This document shows, in pieces, positions 57,501-64,000 of a stretch of DNA of 64,000 nt. The stretch spans positions 1 to 64,000 of the forward strand of contig DF237280.1 in assembly GCA_000708835.1 (NCBI GenBank), given 5' to 3'. Made by a program: the position numbers and the translations under genes. Source of the stretch: Klebsormidium nitens. Its lineage: Eukaryota > Plantae > Klebsormidiophyceae. How positions within the stretch are numbered: the first letter of the stretch is position 1; every line of letters starts with the position of its first letter. The notes below the pieces were generated by a model. The model saw nothing but the letters and a program-made list of their open reading frames with translations. It did no database searches and was not told the origin of the DNA.

Positions 57501-58235
57501 CGAAGCTGGAATCGGCTTTCCCTTATACAGAGGCGGGCGATACCGACGATCTGAAAGCGGGCGTTCTCCTTCCGGGGGGCCGCCTCCTCTGCTTGCGCGG
57601 CCCTGTCTCCCACCGCTGGCTGCTGCCGCAGTGCGCGGTGGCCCTGCACCACGCCGGGAGCGGAACCACCGCCGCCGCGATCCGCGCGGGGATCCCCCAG
57701 GTCACGTGCCCCTTTCTATTCGACCAGTTCTACTGGGCGGGGCTGCTGGCCTCCCTCGGTTGCTCTCCCCCGCCGCTCACGTCGCCGGAATTAGTGGCCG
57801 GGGGGGCGGCCGGTGTGAGTCGGTCGGTGGCAACGCTTCGGGCAGCTGTGGAACTACGGCCGGCGGCGCAGCGGCTTGCGAGGGAGGTGCAAAACGAGGT
57901 GAGCACTAAGTTGTGTCTTTCTTCTTGGACAATTATGAGGACTCTAATGTGGAGGTTCAATAGCGTACGGCATCTTCGACCTACTGTTGTGATGGATGTC
58001 AGGCTTGCGATGTGGCCCAGCAAAGTCGTTATCCAAGTTCGTAGCGGATGCTCTGGCCTTCCCACAAGGCGTTGCGAGGGGCCGCTCTATCATTTTAGAG
58101 TGAGCGAGTGCGGGTATTTGTGAGGCGAGGAAGCCTACGTGCCAGCTCCTCGAGTTTTCGCTACCGGCTCAGCCTAGGCTGCTTGCGCAGGACGGTATAG
58201 CGGTCGCGATGCCCTACCTAATCCCAAAGAATTGA
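54538..58235 (+). CDS. UDP-glycosyltransferase, GT28/UGT80 (sterol glucosyltransferase-like) family, 7 exons, ~608 aa
   Basis: Exons 54538-54849, 55079-55645, 55894-56033, 56298-56510, 57099-57280, 57531-57898 and 58191-58235 (1827 nt). Motifs LAFGTLGDILPLA, FNLFALEAYHIAE, EVEHWMWPLF, LLYGFSEAVVPCPGYWP, YIGFGAVGSMG and the UGT box VSHRWLLPQCAVALHHAGSGTTAAAIRAGIPQVTCPFLFDQFYW. Confidence 0.9.
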
Positions 58236-59373
58236 GGAGCTCTTGCGCCTGAGGCTGCCGTTGACGCCGCTCCTGGTCCGGAGCCAGGTCGTGACGAGCG
58301 AAAGACAAGCTGACTTGGTAGTTAGCAGATTCCGGTAAGCCGCATTGTTGCCGTGCAGAGAATGGGAAGGAAAACCCCTTGTCGGCGCTCTGTTTGTCAT
58401 CCTCGTGGGAGATACTGTTTGGAGTGAACACTTGAAGGCTTTGCTTGTGGGTTATTGTATGTGTCTATGAAGAAGACTTTCGGTGACGCCTAAGGAGAGT
58501 GTCTGGATGTACGGACGAAGGTCGTTTGAAAGTCTGGCTTACTCTGTAGGACAAGAGTCTCGCAGTGCTGGATCACCATGATGTAGCATCTCGGAGCGCT
58601 TCGTTGCAAACTTATCTCCGAGGTCCTCATTTGCAGGGATCTAGCTTGTATAGCGGGTGCTACACAATCCTGTCCGGATGTGCAGTTGGGCCCAATTTCT
58701 AGGACACGTACGCCGGTCCGCCAGCCTGTTTTGATGCTGCTAGCTCGTATTGGCCCATATGTAAGCTGCCGTCACGAAATTTCCACGCACTGAAGGCACA
58801 GGCGTCCGAAAGTTGCGACAATAAGGGGCCAGGACAAGCGACTTGTGTAGCATGCTCCGTGGATCATCATGTATCAGTTATACAGCTCATGTGCAATAGT
58901 TGTGGGTCCGCATCAGAAACGGCCCTATAGGCGCCTGCATGGCATCTCAAGATCCGACGACAGCTTGCATTTTCCAATAAAGTGGTCACCGTTTTCGAAT
59001 CCGACTCACATGCATGCAGCATCATTACGATCTTGGATCAAGAATATCCGTGTACGTCTAGCTACCTCAATGATGCACTTGTCATGTGCATGCATAAATG
59101 CCTCCATGAAAAGGCGGGAGGGATAAACTGCCGACCATGCATGCATCAATCTGCATAAGTTCGTCTTCATTGCACACGACATGCATCAGGGCATACTTGC
59201 ATAAACTTCGGTAACAGCTTGAAGGACCTGGCATACGCAATTCTGACATGCAGCTGCTTCATGAGTCATGACGAAAGGCCGTGTCAAGAGATTCTTGGCA
59301 GAGATTCTTGGCTGGCAAATGCTTCCGACAATTATACCGTATTCTTGTAATTACGACACTGACAAGCGCCCGG

Positions 59374-62300
59374 TCACAGCTTGTGCTTCTGCTGGCCCTG
59401 CTTGTCGAAGTACTGCTCCTTGGCTGTTTCCAGGAACTCCACCTTATCTTGCTGCGGGAAGTCCGTCCGGTACTCCCAGTTGGGATGGCTCTTCCCCTGG
59501 CTGCCATCCAGCATGCGCCGCTCCACGTCATACCCCTCGTACACATCATACACGTTATTGAAGCGGTCCGCAAACTTGATTTCGCACGCGAAGTTTAGAA
59601 TGCGGCCCTCGAGGAGCTCGCGCATGCGCCGCGTGGTGCACTGGCTGTTGAGGTGGTGACTGTGGAGCAGGTAGTAGGCCGTGTTCCACTTCCGGCGCCA
59701 GCCCTTTTGATGCATTACCATCACGTTCAGGACTCCGTACCTGTAAAGACAGGCGGCAAATTTCGCGAGTTCGTCAGTGTCGAAGGAAAGAGCATGCCAC
59801 GCCAATTTGTAACCTGACTGATTCTTTGATTGGCCTGACGACGGGATGTGCAGAGACCAAAGGCGCCTCCTTTCCGGAAACGAACACACGGGATACGATG
59901 CTTCTGTTGACATCTGACCGACTGCCCATCATTTTGCGGTCGAAGAATGACGGCGGGGTGGCCGTCTGTGTCGTGTCACGTTCCTCGAATCTACGCGCTT
60001 CGTGGGCAGAAGAGGCTCGCACACAGATCCTTCTCGACACCCATGATGTGGCAGGTCAAACGCTGCCCAAAAGAAGCTTTGCTTCACTTGCTCGGCTGTA
60101 AGCTTGTAGAGTCGTTTTTCTGACTGGTACACGGCCCTCTCGGCCCACTGCGTCAGCTCCGACTCTCTCTCATTGAGCAGATTTAGGAGGGCGCCGGGGC
60201 GCCCTTTGGTTTGTCCACCCCGTCGCAGTACGGTCACCTCAATCACCTGGAAGTCGGAGACACGTCACCCGCGCTACCCGCTTCGACGTTTTCGACCCCA
60301 AAGAAGCAGGTTTCCCATAAACCTCGCTCAGAAAGGGGCAAAAACGGCAGCTTTTTTCAGAATACGGCGCTCACCTGTGCTTGACGTAGATCTCCCGCCC
60401 ATCTTCGAGCCTGCCCTCCCATGCGGACGGCATCATGAAGCGCGTGTGCTCCAGCTCCGTGACCGTGAGCGGCCCCGCCCAGTCGTCCGCAAACCACTCC
60501 TCGTGCGGGTTCGCGCTGTCGTCCCGCAAAATCGAGTTGGACGTTTCGTCATCGCTGTCGTCGACGTCGGGGTACCGTTCGAAGACGAACTCGTCGTTGT
60601 CGTGGACGGCCTCCGGCAGCTTGGCCCTGAGGTTAAAGGTTGGTGAGTTTGGTTTGCCTTTCTTGCATTATAATCAAAAGGTCAAGCTTGATGAAAGCTA
60701 CCAGGAAATCAAAGAATCCGCAAGGGAAGGCACCGCAACGATCAGGCGCATGGCTTCCTTTCGACCACAGCAAAACGGAAGGAGTGTCCGACATCCACCT
60801 GACCGTCCAACAATGTTTATGAAACTGTCAAAATTCCTCACGCGCAGAGCAAGAAAGCACTGCCCGATGTTGGCATGGAGCCATAATCTTGGCACTGAAG
60901 TAAATTCCCATCAGTATAACACCACAGCGACGACTCCGCAGCGCGAGGACAGGGAACTCGACCCCAAAAGTATATGCAATCCCCGTCTGCAACTACGCCC
61001 AGACGCAAGGTCCTACTATCGCCTCCTATGTGTTACGGGCCTGTAACTTTACCGACTTTTTTAAATTCTTTAAAAAGCCCTGACCTTTCCCACTGTAGAT
61101 GATACAAGTGGAATCCAGCAAGGGGCTACGACCCACACAAGCCCCTCAGTTCAGAGATAGAACACAAGTAGTTTGCTGATCTAAGCACGCTATACCATCC
61201 GGAGAGTGGTCGCACCTGAACTTGAACGGGTCCATGGACTGCGAGTCCCAGTTGTGCGGGTTCTCGACCTCCGCGTCGAACTCGTTGCGGTCCTGCCACG
61301 CGATCGCGTCGAGCTCCTCGGGCGTTCTGTCCTGGATTGCAACTTCGAGGAACACTTTCTTCCCTGAGCGGTCCGTGAACTCCTTCATCTCGGTGCGCTT
61401 CTTCATGTCGTCCTTGGCCTGGTAAGCCATCTTTTCTTCCATGCTCTTTTTCGCGGCTTTCACGGGCGCCTCCTCAAAGTCGAGGTCGCGTTCGCTGAAC
61501 GGGTCCTCGCCTGGGGGAAAGCAAAGGGACCTTTGAGGGGGGTTGCAGACTTGGGGTGATCGCAACGAGAGGCTTGTTGAGGACTGGGGGGAATAGAGGA
61601 CTAGAAAATAAAAGGAGCAAGAAGAAAGAACCTGCCAAGAAAGTGGCTGGAAGGGAATAATATAGCTCCCAGAGAATTCACATTGACACCGTCCTTGCCA
61701 CGATACAAAGTTGGAAGACAAAAGAACGGGCGATCCTGGTCCAGCAACACCTGCTGAAATCCTAGTCAGTTCCTGGGCGGCGTTAGTCAAGTCGGATTCC
61801 AGGTAAACAAACTAAAGTAGACAGAGAGTGTATGAGGACCACAGTTGCTATATGCAGTCCACCAGCAACGTAGAACTATTCTTCGGGGAGTCTTCAGGCA
61901 AGAGGCTGTGCAGATTTGCCTATGCACCGCTGGTTAAATCAGGTTGGAAGGAAGGATGTGTCACCGCGGCTGATTGCATTGAAGCCAAGGGCTGCCTTCG
62001 CACCAATCCGTCAGCCAAGCAGGCGGAACCCCGTACAAAATGCCACTGAGGCGAAATGCAGCTGGCTGGCGGCCAACCAGACCGTACTCACTCACTGGTC
62101 AATTGCTCATTGGGTAAAGGTCCTTGTATACGCACGCAAGCCTGGTACACAACTTGAAAATGCATCACAATCCAAGTATCCTTTAGAGCATGTGCTTCAT
62201 AGCAATAATTGCAGCAACTTTGCGCGCTCCGGAGAGGCAATCACGGCAGTCATTGTGCACCACTCACCGACATCGACCACCTCCATATCTAGCGGCTCGT

Positions 62301-62652
62301 CCGTTTCATCCTCAAGCGGCTCCTCCTCTTCCCGCTTCGGTCGCCCTTTTGCACGCACCGCCGTCGGCCTTCGGGCGGGCCCATTTGCAAACAAGCTCAA
62401 GCGACGTGTTAATCTTCGAGGGTGTGACGTAAACAACTGGCGTCTCCTATCATCCACAACCTCTGTAGGGCCCTTGGCTGCACAGACAGGGCTCAACAAA
62501 GCATGATTCCTCTCACTGCCTATGGATGGGGTTCCAAGGAAGGTCGCGGTGGGGCACCATGACGTGGAGCAAAACTGAGAGGAGCTCTGGCGGTAAGCCA
62601 AAGATGAAGAAGCCTGTAAGCACTCTGCCAGCGAGCCCAATGCGGCCGCCAT
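59374..62652 (-). CDS. Probable plastid-targeted protein of unknown function, ~502 aa; one junction is phase-incompatible
   Basis: Exons 62652-62268 (Ser/Arg-rich transit-like peptide ending ...PTAVRA, then acidic), 61510-61216, 60626-60375, 60246-60041 and 59740-59374. Four junctions fit. The 60375/60246 junction is phase 2 versus phase 0 and needs 3n+1 extra nt. Confidence 0.75.
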
Positions 62653-63453
62653 TGTCCCTCCCTTCCCTTCCCTTGCTCAGACCCACCTGGGCTATCCGCC
62701 AAACACTCTCTTCGAACGACTCCGAGAAGGGAGTCTCCGACTCTCTGACTGCAAGCTCAGTCAGAGTCTGACTCTGAGGCTTTTAAGAGCCTTAACTGAG
62801 GAAGGCAAGCCCCTCGTAGGAGGTCAAAAGAACCATTCCCATTCCATATGCCGTTATCATCAAGAGCGTCTCAACGTCTCGTTTCGAAGCAGCTAGAGAG
62901 CAAATAGACGGCAACCTGTGCCGTCTATTGCCCACATTCTGCATAATTTATGCAGGCTGCAGCACGCCGACCACGCCCGTCATTTGTTGCTTTTCTAGTT
63001 GCCCTGGGAATAGCTGACCTAGCACACAGTCAGCAATGCAGAAATTGGCCCTGCCGAGAAGGTCAATATGGGTGCTCCGAGTCCTGGAGGCTGGACATTC
63101 TTGAAAAGGCTGAGAGAAGTGGCATAAGTTTTGGCATGGGCACGAATGCTTAAACGATGTTGAACGGGCGTAAAGTGGGTGGCTTCTGCACCCTGATCCG
63201 TAAGATGCAGCTCAGGGCTTGATAAGAGCTCCGGCTTGATTGCACAGCTCAGGGCTTGATCACACTGCTTCTTGCCTTTGCTGTCCGCACTGCATGAAGA
63301 CAAGCAATCGGTGCCCCATAAATTGCCGTACAGTGAAGTTGGAAGCAGCAGCTGGGACCAGCTATTTCCCCCTTTGAAGGGATCCCCTCAGATTATCATG
63401 GGTTTCTGGGTGTGCTGACGTATTCAAGGAGTCGTTGGGCGGGGTTGTCAGAC

Positions 63454-63616
63454 ATGGCAGAGGGGTCCAAAAAGTCCCCTGTGAAACTTGAGAATGTCAG
63501 CTTTTCTGCAGAGGACGGCTGGCCTCTGAAAGGCACGTTGTTTTGGCCCTGGGCTCAGATGAAACCAGCAGCGAGCACCACCACACCGCGAGGGGTGCTT
63601 ATCAGTTCAGCTACAG
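63454..63616 (+). CDS. First exon of a predicted alpha/beta hydrolase (COG4757-like); gene continues past the window
   Basis: MAEGSKKSPVKLENVSFSAEDGWPLKGTLFWP...RGVLISSATG| ends at a GTTAGA donor (phase 1). Matches the family's N-terminal pattern F.A.DG..L.G.LF.P....VLI.SATG(V). Confidence 0.65.
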
Positions 63617-64000
63617 GTTAGATGCTTTGTGTCCGTTGATACACAACAGGTAATCTGGGCAAAAACCAGGCTAGCCAGGGTTGAAGAAGGAAGCAAGAGG
63701 CTTGCTTGGTATTCTCAGCTTCGAAGTTAGCATTGTCTTCCCTATCCAGCATGATTGATTCTTATAATGGCATGAAAGAAGTCTCCTACTTCACGAGACC
63801 TTTTGCTGAGGGCCGTGAGGGCCACCTGCAGCAGATCTGCACAACATTGTACACAACATTCTATACCAGCTCAAAGTACTTGTTCCTTGAACTTGCCTCA
63901 GCTGCTTCGTGAGTTGCTTGATCAATGTCACATGGAAGCTCAAAACTTCTATCCATCGCTCTTGAAACCAAGCAGATTTCGTGATTCAGGATTGCTGCAT

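Overview
Eukaryotic nuclear DNA with GT-AG introns and plant-type genes. The gene content and intron style suggest a streptophyte alga, most like Klebsormidium (inference). I reconstructed the spliced gene models by hand, checking splice phase at every junction. In order: possible 3' end of a gene at the left edge; mitochondrial uL23 (+); a secreted orphan protein (-); a Rubisco LSMT-type SET methyltransferase (-) with two apparent +1 frameshifts; UFD2/PUB1 ubiquitin E4 (+); a 20-Cys GPI-type surface protein (+); a decayed coiled-coil/RING gene (-); a 16-exon CHASE-domain hybrid histidine kinase (-); an MLKL-N/RPW8-like four-helix-bundle plus Sel1-repeat protein (+); a MYND-finger protein (-); a GT28/UGT80-like glycosyltransferase (+); a plastid-targeted unknown protein (-) with one phase-incompatible junction; and the first exon of a COG4757-like alpha/beta hydrolase (+). 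I found no tRNA, rRNA or CRISPR array. The most unusual signals are: (i) the four-helix-bundle plus Sel1 architecture; (ii) recurrent tandem duplications that copy splice sites, including four donor sites spaced exactly 170 nt apart; (iii) 12 copies of the palindrome TGACGTCA in both introns and exons; (iv) a three-copy ~120-bp dispersed repeat with a telomere-like core; and (v) frame anomalies that point to a pseudogene, assembly errors or a 4-nt microexon. Family assignments come from remembered motifs, not from database searches.
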